Shown: positions 28,526 to 40,577 of the stretch, piece after piece
Numbering within the stretch: position 1 is the first letter of the stretch
Layout of the letters: each line of letters begins with the position of its first letter
From: an uncultured Acidobacteriota bacterium
GTDB lineage: Bacteria > Acidobacteriota > Vicinamibacteria > Marinacidobacterales > SMYC01
DNA length: 64,000 bases
Direction of reading: 5' to 3'
NCBI GenBank assembly: GCA_963815675.1
Contig: CAWFHP010000005.1
Span: 42,850 to 106,849 of the forward strand
Made by a program: the position numbers and the translations under genes
Notes under the pieces: generated by a model
Database searches by the model: none
The model's input: only the letters and a program-made list of their open reading frames with translations
What the model was told of the DNA's origin: nothing

Positions 28526-30535
28526 TTGAATTCCCCCCCGATCTTTCGAACCAAGTCTCTAGATGCCATTTCCCGCGACGCCGAGAAAGAGGAATACCGC
28601 CTTCGACGCGCTCTCGGGCCCGTCCAGCTGACTCTGCTGGGTATCGGCGCCATCATCGGCGCAGGGATCTTCGCCACCATCGGTACCGCGGCCGCGGGCG
28701 ACGCGGCGAGGCCTGGCGCCGGTCCGGCGTTGATGATCTCCTTCGTCATCACCGCCATCGTGTGCGGTTTCGCCGCGCTCTGTTATGCGGAGTTCGCGGC
28801 GATGGTCCCGATTTCTGGCTCGGCCTACACCTACTCCTACACTACTCTCGGAGAGCTAGCCGCCTGGATCATAGGCTGGGATCTGATCATCGAGTACGCG
28901 GTGGGAAACATCGCGGTCGCGATCAGCTGGGCTAATTATTTCAAGACGCTCCTCTCGGGGTTCGGCATTCGGGTTCCCGACTGGATCTCGATGGATTACC
29001 GTACCGCCGCCAAGATCGTCGATGCCAACGGCGTCGAGACGGTGTTCCGGGACGCGCCTCACATCTTCGGGATTCCCATCGTCTGCAACCTCCTCTCGGT
29101 TCTCATCGTGACCCTCATCACCATCGTGTTGATCTGGGGGATTCGGGAGAGCGCGCGGTTCAACGCCGTCATGGTGGGGATCAAGATCGTCGTGCTGACG
29201 TTCTTCATCATCGTCGGAACGATGTGGATCAAGCCGGAGAACTGGGTGCCGTTCGCGCCCAACGGATGGTCGGGCATCAGCGCTGGCGCCGCCATCGTCT
29301 TCTTCGCTTATATCGGGTTCGACGCGGTGTCGACCGCGGCCGAGGAGACGGAAAATCCCCAGCGCAACATGCCGATCGGGATCATCGCGTCACTCATCAT
29401 CTGTACCCTTTTCTACGTCATCGTCTCGGCGGTGTTCACCGGTCTAGTGCCTTACCCCGCGCTGAAATCGATGCTGGCCACCCAGCAGGCCGAGCCTCTG
29501 ACGATGGCCCTCGATTACGCGAGCCCCCAGCTTGGCTGGGCGATCGGGATCGTTGCCTTCGGCTCCGTCGTCGCCCATACCGCCGTGCTCCTGGTGTTCC
29601 AGCTCGGTCAACCGCGGATCCTCTTCGCCATGTCCAGGGACGGACTTCTCCCCAGGGCTTTCGGGATGGTTCACCCCAAGTTCCGGACGCCTTACGTCTC
29701 CACCATCATCACGGGAGTGTTCGTGGGTGTCTTCGCGGCGGTGGCGAGCCTCGATGAAATGGTGGACCTCACCAACATCGGGACTCTCTTCGCATTCATC
29801 CTCGTGTGCGCCGGAATCCTCGTACTTCGAAAGAAGGAGCCGGAGCGGTTCCGACCCTTCCGCGTTCCGGGTGGATGGCGGTGGGCCCTCCCGATGTACG
29901 TGGCCGTCTCGGCCGCGCTCGTCGCCCTGCACATTCCCATCGCCGTCGCAATCCCTCTGCTCGTCGTGCTCGGGTTCGCGTTCTGGCGGTATCGGGAATC
30001 GATCTTCCCGCTGCTCGGAATCGCGTCCTGCCTGTATTTGATCGTCTACCTTCCGCCTACTTCCTGGCTCCGTTTCGCGGCGTGGCTGAACCTGGGGTTC
30101 GTGATCTACGCCGGCTACGGGATGGTGAGGAGTGGCCTCACCGGACGCCAACTCGCGGACGATCCCACGGAGCACGACGCCAGAACTTCGATCACCGGTA
30201 CCCGGCTGGCCGTCCTCGGGACTCTCTTGCTGTTCGTGATGCACGGGCTCGATGTGTGGCACGCCGCCTGGGTGGGGAGCACGCTCGAAGGCTGGGCGCG
30301 ACTCGTTTCTTCCGCGGGCGCCATGGGGCGAAGCGGAGCCTGGCTCGACCTTTCCGTGTTTCTCGACGTCCCTCTGGCGCTGAATGCCTTCGTCCTTTGC
30401 CCGTTGCTGTGGAGGCGTGCCAACGGCGCGCGCAAGAGCGGCGCGTCCCGCTCGATCTCCGAGGCGACGTTCACCGCCGTAGCGCTCGCGGTCGTCGCCA
30501 CGCTCTATCTCGTTGCCGTCGTCGCCCACGTTTGA
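28526..30535 (+). CDS. APC-superfamily amino-acid permease (cationic amino acid transporter-like, with extended C-terminus)
   Basis: FRTKSLD..LRRALGPVQLTLLGIGAIIGAGIF N-terminus typical of CAT/APC. 669 aa. TTG start with GGGGGAAA upstream. Confidence 0.8.
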   Translation: MNSPPIFRTKSLDAISRDAEKEEYRLRRALGPVQLTLLGIGAIIGAGIFATIGTAAAGDAARPGAGPALMISFVITAIVCGFAALCYAEFAAMVPISGSAYTYSYTTLGELAAWIIGWDLIIEYAVGNIAVAISWANYFKTLLSGFGIRVPDWISMDYRTAAKIVDANGVETVFRDAPHIFGIPIVCNLLSVLIVTLITIVLIWGIRESARFNAVMVGIKIVVLTFFIIVGTMWIKPENWVPFAPNGWSGISAGAAIVFFAYIGFDAVSTAAEETENPQRNMPIGIIASLIICTLFYVIVSAVFTGLVPYPALKSMLATQQAEPLTMALDYASPQLGWAIGIVAFGSVVAHTAVLLVFQLGQPRILFAMSRDGLLPRAFGMVHPKFRTPYVSTIITGVFVGVFAAVASLDEMVDLTNIGTLFAFILVCAGILVLRKKEPERFRPFRVPGGWRWALPMYVAVSAALVALHIPIAVAIPLLVVLGFAFWRYRESIFPLLGIASCLYLIVYLPPTSWLRFAAWLNLGFVIYAGYGMVRSGLTGRQLADDPTEHDARTSITGTRLAVLGTLLLFVMHGLDVWHAAWVGSTLEGWARLVSSAGAMGRSGAWLDLSVFLDVPLALNAFVLCPLLWRRANGARKSGASRSISEATFTAVALAVVATLYLVAVVAHV

Positions 30536-30570
30536 TCGCGTCCGCTGGTTGTTTTCCCCCGAAGCGCCTT

Positions 30571-30590
30571 CTAGCTTGGTGGGAAACCAC
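30571..30590 (+). terminator. Perfect hairpin (8-bp stem, GAAA tetraloop) 36 nt after the permease stop
   Basis: cttggtgg-gaaa-ccaccaag. No U-tract, as is usual in high-GC genomes. Confidence 0.4.
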
Positions 30591-30875
30591 CAAGCGCGCG
30601 CGTTCGGTTCCGCGTCCATTGGGCTCAACTCACTGAAAAACAAAGAACCACGTCGTTGGCACGGGGTCTGCTAAGGGAGTCGGTGCCGGCCCCGGCCGGA
30701 TCAGGGCTGCTCGAGGAGACAATCCGAGCGAACCGTTCGACACCGGAGGAAGGGGCATCTACCGAAGAGAGCGGCGCCCGGACCTCGAGCACCTGACCAG
30801 TCCGGGCGGGGCCGGCCTCTGTAGGTGATTCGCGCTGCCTCACGATTCTCGAGGCGGGCAAAAGAGGAGTCGAAA

Positions 30876-32405
<1,530 letters not shown>

Positions 32406-32599
32406 AGCCAGCGGAAACGTGAGCTTCCAAGAGCGTCGGTGCCTGGCATCGGCGCTCTTTGTTATGGCGGGTGGACCGCCAAGCCGGTGGTTCCGGGAGC
32501 CTCTAGAGGGTATCTTTACATTCTTTACGCCCTCTTTTCACGAACTTGACAGCGAGAGACCATAGTGGGACCTAGTCTGGAAGTAACTGGAGCACTAGA

Positions 32600-33970
32600 A
32601 TGACCAAGAGCGTCATGGAACGGGAAGCGGAAGCGCAAGCGCAAGCGCAAGCGGCTGCGGCGGCTGCGGCGGACGTGGGGGAAACCACGCCCACCGCCCC
32701 TTCCCAGCCGAACGTCAATGAAGAGCTCCAGGAGATTCTCGAGCTCGAATCGTCGTCTCACCGCAAGTGGAGCCTCTGGTGGTGGATCCTGGGAGGGCTC
32801 GTGGCCGCGGTAGTCGCCGTCGTGTTGTTTCGAGCCTATAGTGCGAAGAACACCGCGATTCAGTACAAAACGGCTGCGGTCGAAAAAGGCGCGCTTACGG
32901 TTCTGGTTACGGCGACCGGGAGTCTCCAGCCGACGGACGAGGTGGATGTGGGAAGTGAGCTCTCGGGATTCCTCGCTGACGTCTATGTGGACAACAATGA
33001 CCCGGTGAAGGCGGGAGAAGTTCTCGCCAGGCTCGACACTGCCCGGCTCGGAGCGCAGGCCCAACAGGCCCGCGCCTCCGTGGATGCGGCGAAGGCCCGG
33101 GTCCGGGATGCCGAGGCGACGCTCGTGGAGTCGCGCCTCGCGCTCGAGCGTGCGCAGAATCTCTACGACGCCGAGCTCGTGCCGAAGAGCAATCTCGACA
33201 GCGCGCAGGCGGCGTTCGATCGCGCCCAGGCGGGTGTCGCGAGCGCGGGCGCGCAGGAGGGTCAAGCAGAGGCGAGCTTGAACACCATCGAGACCGATCT
33301 CACCAAGGCGGTGATCCGGTCTCCCGTGGATGGAGTGGTGCTCGCCCGGAACGTCGAGCGTGGCCAGACCGTAGCAGCGTCGTTTCAAGCTCCGGTGCTC
33401 TTCAAAATCGCTCAGGACCTCCGCCGCATGGAGCTCCACGTGGACGTCGACGAGGCCGATGTGAGCCGGGTACAAAAGGGGCAGCATGCGAAGTTCAGCG
33501 TCGACGCCTACCCCGACCAGAGCTTTCCCGCGACGATTCGTGAAATCAGCTTCGCCTCGAAGACGGTCGAAGGAGTCGTGACCTATGAGGCGATCCTCGA
33601 CGTCGACAACGCGGACTTGCTCCTTCGCCCGGGAATGACCGCGACGGCGGACATCACCGTCGAGACGATTGAGAACGCACTCCTCGTTCCCAATGCCGCC
33701 TTGAGATTCTCGCCACCCGAGGTCGCGCAGTCTCAGAGAGGTGGTGGGCTCGTGTCGATGCTTCTTCCCCGCCGTCCGTTCCGGGGCCGCCCGGGTGGAG
33801 CGGGAGCTCAGAAAACGGGCCCGCGCGTCTGGACCCTCGCGAACGGCCGTCCCGTCCCGGTGCACATCAAGACCGGGTCCTCGGACGGTACTCATACCGT
33901 CGTGACCTCCGGCGATCTGGAGCCCGGTCAGGAGCTCCTGGTGGACGTCGTCTCGGGGCAGCAATCATGA
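32600..33970 (+). CDS. macA: Efflux transporter periplasmic adaptor (HlyD/MacA-family membrane fusion protein)
   Basis: N-terminal TM, long coiled-coil ([25 protein letters not shown]), beta-barrel/MP domains. ATGA overlap with the ABC ATPase. Confidence 0.8.
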   Translation: MTKSVMEREAEAQAQAQAAAAAAADVGETTPTAPSQPNVNEELQEILELESSSHRKWSLWWWILGGLVAAVVAVVLFRAYSAKNTAIQYKTAAVEKGALTVLVTATGSLQPTDEVDVGSELSGFLADVYVDNNDPVKAGEVLARLDTARLGAQAQQARASVDAAKARVRDAEATLVESRLALERAQNLYDAELVPKSNLDSAQAAFDRAQAGVASAGAQEGQAEASLNTIETDLTKAVIRSPVDGVVLARNVERGQTVAASFQAPVLFKIAQDLRRMELHVDVDEADVSRVQKGQHAKFSVDAYPDQSFPATIREISFASKTVEGVVTYEAILDVDNADLLLRPGMTATADITVETIENALLVPNAALRFSPPEVAQSQRGGGLVSMLLPRRPFRGRPGGAGAQKTGPRVWTLANGRPVPVHIKTGSSDGTHTVVTSGDLEPGQELLVDVVSGQQS

Positions 33971-34665
33971 CCGCCCTCATCGAGCTCCGAAACGTGACCA
34001 AAGTCTACGGTCATGGTCAGGCCGCGGTTTCGGCTCTGCGCGGAGTGGACGTCACAATCGAGGCGGGAGAGTTCGTCGCGGTCATGGGCCCGAGCGGCTC
34101 GGGAAAGTCTACCTGCATGAATATCATCGGCTGTCTCGATACGCCGACTTCCGGAGCTCATCTTTTTCAGGGCGTCGACGTCGGTAAGCTCTCGAGAGAC
34201 CAGCGGGCACTCTTGCGGCGCCACTATCTCGGATTCGTCTTCCAGGGCTTCAACCTGCTCGGGCGCACGACCGCCATCGAGAACGTCGAGCTCCCCCTCA
34301 TCTACCGGCGCACTCCCGCGGAGGAGAGACATCGAAAGGCGCGCGCCGCTATCGATGCCGTTGGGCTCAAGGGTTGGGAGACCCACGCGCCGAGCGAGCT
34401 GTCCGGCGGGCAACAGCAGCGGGTCGCCATCGCTCGCGCGATCGTGACCTCTCCGCTCGTGGTTCTTGCCGATGAGCCGACCGGAAATCTGGACACCGCA
34501 CGTAGCCGGGAGATCATGGATCTCCTGACCGCCCTCAATCGTGAGCGCGGGATCACCATCGTCATGGTCACTCACGAGACGGAGATGGCTGCTTACGCGG
34601 GGCGCATCGTGCATTTCCTGGACGGCCTCGTGGCGGAAGACGTCTCGAACGGGAGAGCCGCCTGA
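33967..34665 (+). CDS. macB: ABC transporter ATP-binding protein (MacB/LolD family)
   Basis: GPSGSGKST Walker [23 protein letters not shown]. Confidence 0.85.
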   Translation: MTALIELRNVTKVYGHGQAAVSALRGVDVTIEAGEFVAVMGPSGSGKSTCMNIIGCLDTPTSGAHLFQGVDVGKLSRDQRALLRRHYLGFVFQGFNLLGRTTAIENVELPLIYRRTPAEERHRKARAAIDAVGLKGWETHAPSELSGGQQQRVAIARAIVTSPLVVLADEPTGNLDTARSREIMDLLTALNRERGITIVMVTHETEMAAYAGRIVHFLDGLVAEDVSNGRAA

Positions 34666-35877
34666 TGTGGAAGGAGATGGTGTTGCTCGCTCTGCGGGAG
34701 ATCCGGCGCAACGTGCTGCGCTCGACCCTCACCATGCTGGGCATCATCATCGGCGTCGCCGCCGTCATCGTCATGGTGACGCTCGGGAACGGAGCCACGG
34801 CCCGTATCTCCCAGGACATCGGCAAGCTCGGAACCAATCTCCTCGACATCCGGCCCGGACAGGGATTTCGCGGGGGGGGAGGCGCCCGTATCCGGGCCGA
34901 GCCCTTCGACACGGACGACGTCGAGGCGATACGAACCGAGATCTCGGGTCTGGCCGCGGTCGCTCCGACGAGCTCGCGGCAAGTCCAGATTGTCTACGGA
35001 AACGAGAACTGGTCGACGACGGTGACGGGAACCGTCAACGACTACTTGAAGGCGCGCAACTGGACGCTGGCGTCGGGTCGACTGTTCACTGACAGTGAGC
35101 TTCGAATCCGGCAAACCGGCGTGTGTTCTGGGCTCCACCGTGCGCCAGGAGCTTTTCGGCGGTCAGGATCCGCTCGGGTCCAAGATCCGCGTCCAACACC
35201 TCTCCTGCGAGGTGATCGGAGTCCTCGAGTCCAAAGGCCAATCGAGCTTCGGGACCGACCAGGACGACATTCTCCTCATCCCCCTTCGAACGTTTCAGAG
35301 GCGCATCGCGGGGAATCGCGACGTCAGCTCGATCTCGGTGTCGGTTCAGGACGGCAACGCGATGGACAAAGTGCAGAACGACATCGAGCGGTTGATGCGG
35401 GAACGGCGCAAGATCAAAGTCGGAGATGAAGACGATTTCTTCGTGGGGAATATGGAGCAGCTCATCTCTACCCTCACCGGCACGACCCAGGTCCTCACCG
35501 CTCTTCTCGGAGCCGTCGCAGCGGTGAGCCTCCTGGTCGGCGGGATCGGGATCATGAACATCATGCTGGTCTCGGTCACCGAACGAACGAGGGAAATCGG
35601 AATCCGGCTTTCGATCGGTGCGATGGCGCGAGAGGTGCTGACCCAGTTTCTCGTCGAGGCGCTCGTTCTCTCCTCGCTCGGGGGACTCCTGGGGATCACG
35701 ATCGGGGTCGGTTCCTCGGCGGCGACCGCTCCGCTTCTCGGCGTTCCCTTCGTATTCCAGCCGGGAATCGTCATGCTCGCCTTCGTCTTTTCCGCGGCGG
35801 TGGGCATTGTCTTCGGCTATTTTCCGGCACGACAGGCGGCCCGGCTCGACCCCATCGAAGCTCTCCGCTACGAATAA
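34665..35877 (+). pseudogene. MacB/FtsX-family ABC permease, one +1 frameshift
   Basis: N-terminal part in ORF 34665.. ([20 protein letters not shown]). Remainder in ORF 35095..35877 (..VLGSTVRQELFGGQDPLG..IGIRLSIGA..). Junction near 35100. Confidence 0.7.
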
Positions 35878-35994
35878 GTCTCCGTCGGACCCGAAACGAT
35901 GGACGGTCTCCTGAGCTCAGGGGACGTGCCGGCGGTCGCTCGGGCCCGGTCTCGGGAGCTTCGTTTCCCGTCGTCGAGCCCACGAGATCGAGCG

Positions 35995-37293
35995 TCACGT
36001 GGAGCATGCCGAGGGGACCAGGGCACGTGTCGCGAGCCCGGGATAGTCGGGCTCATAGAGCTCCGCTCGAAAGACCGCGACCCCCGTCTTTCCTTCCTCG
36101 TTCGTCACGTCGTAGGACCACACGACGTCACCGTTCGGAGTTACCTGGAAGAAGTGACCGGCGGGACCGTTGCAAATCAACGTGTCGCCGCTTTCGAGCC
36201 GCTCGGCGCCGGAGATGAACGAGGCGAAGAAGCTCCCCGGAGGTGACGCCTCGAACTGCCACAGGGGTCCGTCGGGACCGTACGCCGAGCCGGAGTGCAG
36301 GTTGTACGTCCCGTCGTCTCTCAGGGGTGGCGCCATCTCGACGACCGTCGAGTAGGGGCGCGCCGTTTGGTCGCCGTTGTCGAACAACAGGATATGACCG
36401 GCTCCCGAGAGAATCCTTTTCAATCCACCGGGCGTTGTGCTGGCCATAGAGTTGTCTTTCTCCCTCGCGACCATAGGCGGCTGGATTGCCCCAGCGGTAG
36501 AGAAGGTCGCCGCCGCGACCGCGGCGCCCGCCGCCGTGTCCGGCCGCTTCCTTCAGGGTCGTGCCGTGGTCGAGGATCCAGACCTCGCTCAGGTTGCGTA
36601 CGCTCAACAAAATCTCGTCGAGCCTCGCGTTGTAGGCTATCGCGTTCGCGTGAGTCCAGTCGGGCTTGACGCCGCGGGACTGGTAGTTCGGGTCGAAGTT
36701 GGGGTCGACGAGCTCGGGGTGAGAGGCAGGGATCGGCGCCCGGCGGGAGCAGATAATCCCAGAGCCGCCACGTCCAGACGATCTCGTTCGTCCTTGGGTC
36801 CACTTCGACGATATGGTCGACCCAGAGGAGCCCCTCCGCGGGAACGAGGTCCTCCCGCCTGCCGGCGGCGAGCGCCTCGGCTGCGGTTCTCGTTTCCCAG
36901 GCGATAAACAGCACGTTCCCGTTGGGCAGAGGCTCGACATCGTGATGCTGTTGATGGTCCGGACCGGCGTACTCGAAGCTCCAGACGAGGTGGTTGTCCC
37001 AGTCGTAGCGTTCGAGGCGGCCGCCCAGTCCGCCTCCATCGGCGAACCGCGAGCTCGGTACGGTGGCGGGTCGTAGGATTGTCCCCATCGGCGAGCAGGT
37101 AGACCGAGTTGCCGGGTGAGGCCGTCGCTCGCCAGGAATGCACGAGCTGGCCGTCGAGCGTCATGAGGTAGGTGAACGTCGACTCGAGCGGAGAAAAAAG
37201 AAGGACCGCACCGGGGGAATCAGAGGGGGCCTGTGCCCAGGATAGGGAAGTCGTGAGAACGAGGGCGATGGCCGACAACGAGAAGCGTCTCAT
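35995..37293 (-). pseudogene. Arylsulfotransferase (ASST)-like beta-propeller protein, secreted, interrupted by three frameshifts
   Basis: Four consecutive ORF pieces in frames 0, 2, 1 and 0 carry a contiguous ASST-like sequence (signal peptide; DWTHANAIAYNARLDEILLSVRN; LYRWGNPAAYG; QHNARWI; ILLFDNGDQ). Confidence 0.55.
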
Positions 37294-37443
37294 TGCTGTT
37301 CCTTCTTGCTTGGAGGTCGATTGTCATCGGCGGCGGCAGGGGTACGTTAAATAGGCGCACGCTTGGGGTGGTTATGGCGTTGCAAAAAAAACGTAAGGAA
37401 TCGCGCACGTCTGCCCATCGAGAAAGGAGGCAGTCTTTACATC

Positions 37444-37472
37444 TCTTACAAAAACCTTTCGCCCGTTTGATA
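37444..37472 (+). promoter_or_regulatory. Candidate sigma70-type promoter (TTACAA-17-GATACT) for the His/Met/Gly-rich protein gene
   Basis: Seen in the AT-richer block between divergent genes. Weak match to consensus. Confidence 0.25.
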
Positions 37473-37627
37473 CTTGACTCGCGACCCCTTGTTAAGCTCC
37501 GCTGGTGGGAACAAGGCCCCATCGCCGAGCCGTGCGTCATCCTGCCGACGACAACGAGAGAACGCGGAAGACCCCCGCGGGCACGGCTCGGTGCCTTTCT
37601 TTCTCATTCGTCGATTGGAGGAGCTCA

Positions 37628-38249
37628 GTGAACGTTCTCATGGTCCTGTTGTTGGCGCTCTTGCCGCCCCAGGCGTCCGGGCTCGCGGGTGCCTGGAAGA
37701 AGGACCCGGCCCGAAGCGATGATGGTCAGCAGAAGATGCAGGACGTATTCCTGCAAATGCGAAGCGAGGGCGGTCACGGCGGCGGCGGCATGCACGGCGG
37801 CGGCATGCACGGCGGCGGTGGCATGCACGGTGGTGGCACCGGTCAAGGCGGACGTGGGCACGGACACGGTGGCGGCTCGATGGGGCCGATGGGCCCGATG
37901 GGCCCGATGGGCCCGAGTGGGAATGGTGACGGCGTCCGACCAGCTGACGCTCGTGCTCGAAGGGACGGAGCTCCAGGTCGTGGACGGGACGCGAACGCTT
38001 GTCTACACCCTCGACGGCGAGAAGCACGAGACCGAGACCCCGAACGGCACCAAGCTGGAGACCACCGCCCAGCTCGTGGGCAACGCAGTCTCCATCGAAG
38101 AGAAGATGTCGCGCGGAAAGGTCGAACGAAAATTCGAGGTGTCGCCCGACGGACAGACTCTCATCGTGACCTCGACGGTAGAGCTCGGGTCGATGAAGGA
38201 GCCTGTCGTGATCAAGTCGGTCTACGTTCGCCCTCCCGCGGAGAGTTGA
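37628..38249 (+). pseudogene. Secreted His/Met/Gly-rich repeat protein ((MHGGG)n and (GPM)n) with C-terminal beta-rich domain; one frameshift between the repeat region and the C-terminal domain
   Basis: GGAGG 6 nt before GTG at 37628; signal peptide VNVLMVLLLALLPPQASG; then EGGHGGGGMHGGGMHGGGGMHGGGTGQGGRGHGHGGGSMGPMGPMGPMGP. The C-terminal domain (TASDQLTLVLEGTELQVVDGTRTLVYTLDGEKHETETPNG...) is in the next frame. Confidence 0.5.
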
Positions 38250-38356
38250 GCTCACCGACGCTTCGAATGAACTAGAATGACCTTTTCGTGACCCCGTCCC
38301 CGGCCGAGCACGGCCTCGGGACAGGGTGGGTTGTTTACGACGAGGGTGCGAGCGCG

Positions 38357-39025
38357 ATGACTGGTTTACCGTTGATTTCCTGTTTACTCGTTCTGGCGGG
38401 TCCAATCCAGGCCGCCGCGCCGGCCGACGAGCCGACGCCGACGCCGACGCCGGCGCAAATCCACATCGGGCACGTGATGAGTGCGATCAACGGCACTCCC
38501 GGAGGAGTGGGGCTTCTGACGATTCTGGCGGAAGAGGCCGACATCGCCAGCCGCCATGCGGAGCTCGCGGTTTCCGATCTCTCGAGCCTGGAATCGATTC
38601 AGCTCCACGTGCACCACGTGCGGCACGCGGTCGATCCCAGCACCGAGGAGAAGGGCCCGGGCAAGGGATACGGAGTCTTGAAGGCGGCGGAAGGTGTGGT
38701 GACTCACATCCAACTGGCCGCGCATTCGAGCGGGGCTACCGACAAGATCCAACAGCATGCGACCCATGTGGCCGCGAGCGCGGGTAACGTCGTGAGCTGG
38801 GGCAAGGAGATCCTCGCCGAATCGGAGAAGGTGTTGAAGGCCAAGTCGGCGGAAGAGGCGGCTCCCGCGGCCCAGAGGATCCAGGAGCTCACCCAGTACA
38901 TTCTTGACGGCCTGGACGCGAACGGCGACGGGCGTGTGAGCTGGGAACCCGGGGAGGGCGGCATCGCCCAGGTGAGGCAGCACATGGAGATCATGACGTC
39001 GGGAGAAGCCCGCCCGAGCTCGTGA
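38357..39025 (+). CDS. His-rich lipoprotein, putative periplasmic metal-binding helical protein
   Basis: Lipobox LISC; GAGGG 10 nt before ATG. Regularly spaced His (QIHIGHV, HVHHVRH, HIQLAAH, QQHATHVAAS, RQHMEIM). Confidence 0.55.
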   Translation: MTGLPLISCLLVLAGPIQAAAPADEPTPTPTPAQIHIGHVMSAINGTPGGVGLLTILAEEADIASRHAELAVSDLSSLESIQLHVHHVRHAVDPSTEEKGPGKGYGVLKAAEGVVTHIQLAAHSSGATDKIQQHATHVAASAGNVVSWGKEILAESEKVLKAKSAEEAAPAAQRIQELTQYILDGLDANGDGRVSWEPGEGGIAQVRQHMEIMTSGEARPSS

Positions 39026-39034
39026 GAGCCCCGT

Positions 39035-40552
39035 TCATCTCTCCGGCGAGGGCGTCGATTTCCGTATGGAAGAGGCCTCGAGCCTTTCGATATCGAAGGC
39101 GTAGTAGCCTTCGAAGGCAAGACGGGTGCAGCACGACGTGAGCGACTCGAACAGAGGCTTGTGGGGTCGGGCGTCGTAGATGTACTGAGGCACCACGAAG
39201 TAACGGTAGTCGGTGGGCTCGCGGAGGGACTTCTCGAACCGCGCGACCGAATTGACCCCGTCGCGGATCCTGCGATCGGCATAATACGCGTCTCGGGCGT
39301 CGACGGGAGAAAGCGAAAGAATGCCCTCGTCGGGTGCCACGAGCTCGTGAAGTTTCATTCCGAATCGAGCGGGATCGGTGCGGGATGTCTCGATGCGGTC
39401 GATTCCGCGAGCCAGCCCGGAAACGCCGAGTGCGACGACCGCTCCGGCGGCAGCAGCGGTTCGGAGCCGCGGACGGCGCGCGGGCAGGAGTCGGTCCGCA
39501 AGGAAGACGATGGCCCGTGCTCCGGCGAGAGCGAGACCGGGCGAGAGGTACGTCATCCAGTAGTCGTGAACGAAGGCGCCCATGGGAAAGATCACGACGT
39601 GCGCCGCGCCCCACAGGAGGACGAGCCAGAGAATGATTCTCTGCCGCCGATCTCCCACTGCCACTCCTACGACGGCGAGGACGAGAAGGGGAAGACCGTA
39701 TAGCTCCCCGAAGTAGCTCCACTCTTTCCGAAGCCATTCCGCGGGACCGGGCGACGCCATCCGATGCCCGGGGATGTGACCTCGAGTGACCTGAAGCCCC
39801 GTCCAGAAGAGAAACGACTCGAGAGCGCTCGACTGGATGTATTGCTGCTCCGGATTGGGTGCCACCCGGTGAGCGTAGGCCAGAAACCCGAGCACGAGGA
39901 CGAGCGAGCCCGCTGGGAGCAGAAGCGCCCATCGTGCCCAACCCTTCTTATCGCGCTCGAAAACGAGGGCGTGCACGGCGATGAGCCCCGCCATGTAGTG
40001 GATCGGCCAATCGAAGCCCGCTCCCAGCAGAAAAGCGGCACCGGCGACGAACGGCCGTCGTTCCAGGTAGCCGAGGAGTAGCAGGAGAGCGGCGAACGTC
40101 ACCGGCGGCCCCTGTGGGTCGACGTGGGTCGCGTAGACGACCTCCATCGGAACGAAGGACAGGATCGCTGCCGCGAGAAGCGCCGTCTTCCGCGACCAGA
40201 GGCTCGAGGCGAGACGAAAGACGAGTAAGATATTGGCGAGGCTGAACAGGAGGGGCACGATGCGCGCCGACCACTCGTGCTCGCCGAACAGGTGGAAGCT
40301 CAAGGACACGGCGAGCCCGATGAAGGGTGGGTGTGTCAGGTAGTACCGCCACTCGTCGGCCGGGGTGTCGCCGGTCGAGGTGACGGGAGCGAGGCGGGTC
40401 GCGAGGTAGCCGTAGCGAACGTAGTTCCTGGCGATGTTACTGTAGAATGCACCGCCCCAGCCGTCGTGGTCGCCGTAGCTCCACGGGCGCTCGACGCCGT
40501 CGATGCGCGCGAGAGCTGACACCACGACGAGCAGGAACAGAATGCGTTTCAA
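39035..40552 (-). CDS. GT39/ArnT-like membrane glycosyltransferase (GT-C fold)
   Basis: 505 aa polytopic protein. N-terminal region resembles the PMT/ArnT family. Confidence 0.6.
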   Translation of the reverse strand: MKRILFLLVVVSALARIDGVERPWSYGDHDGWGGAFYSNIARNYVRYGYLATRLAPVTSTGDTPADEWRYYLTHPPFIGLAVSLSFHLFGEHEWSARIVPLLFSLANILLVFRLASSLWSRKTALLAAAILSFVPMEVVYATHVDPQGPPVTFAALLLLLGYLERRPFVAGAAFLLGAGFDWPIHYMAGLIAVHALVFERDKKGWARWALLLPAGSLVLVLGFLAYAHRVAPNPEQQYIQSSALESFLFWTGLQVTRGHIPGHRMASPGPAEWLRKEWSYFGELYGLPLLVLAVVGVAVGDRRQRIILWLVLLWGAAHVVIFPMGAFVHDYWMTYLSPGLALAGARAIVFLADRLLPARRPRLRTAAAAGAVVALGVSGLARGIDRIETSRTDPARFGMKLHELVAPDEGILSLSPVDARDAYYADRRIRDGVNSVARFEKSLREPTDYRYFVVPQYIYDARPHKPLFESLTSCCTRLAFEGYYAFDIERLEASSIRKSTPSPER

Positions 40553-40577
40553 ATCCGCGCTCTCTCCACGGCGTCAC

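Noticed and set aside
37784-37925. Short tandem nucleotide repeats (15-nt and 9-nt units) that could be mistaken for a CRISPR-like array
   Set aside because: Repeat units are contiguous with no spacers and translate to (MHGGG)n/(GPM)n in an ORF with signal peptide and RBS. These are coding repeats.
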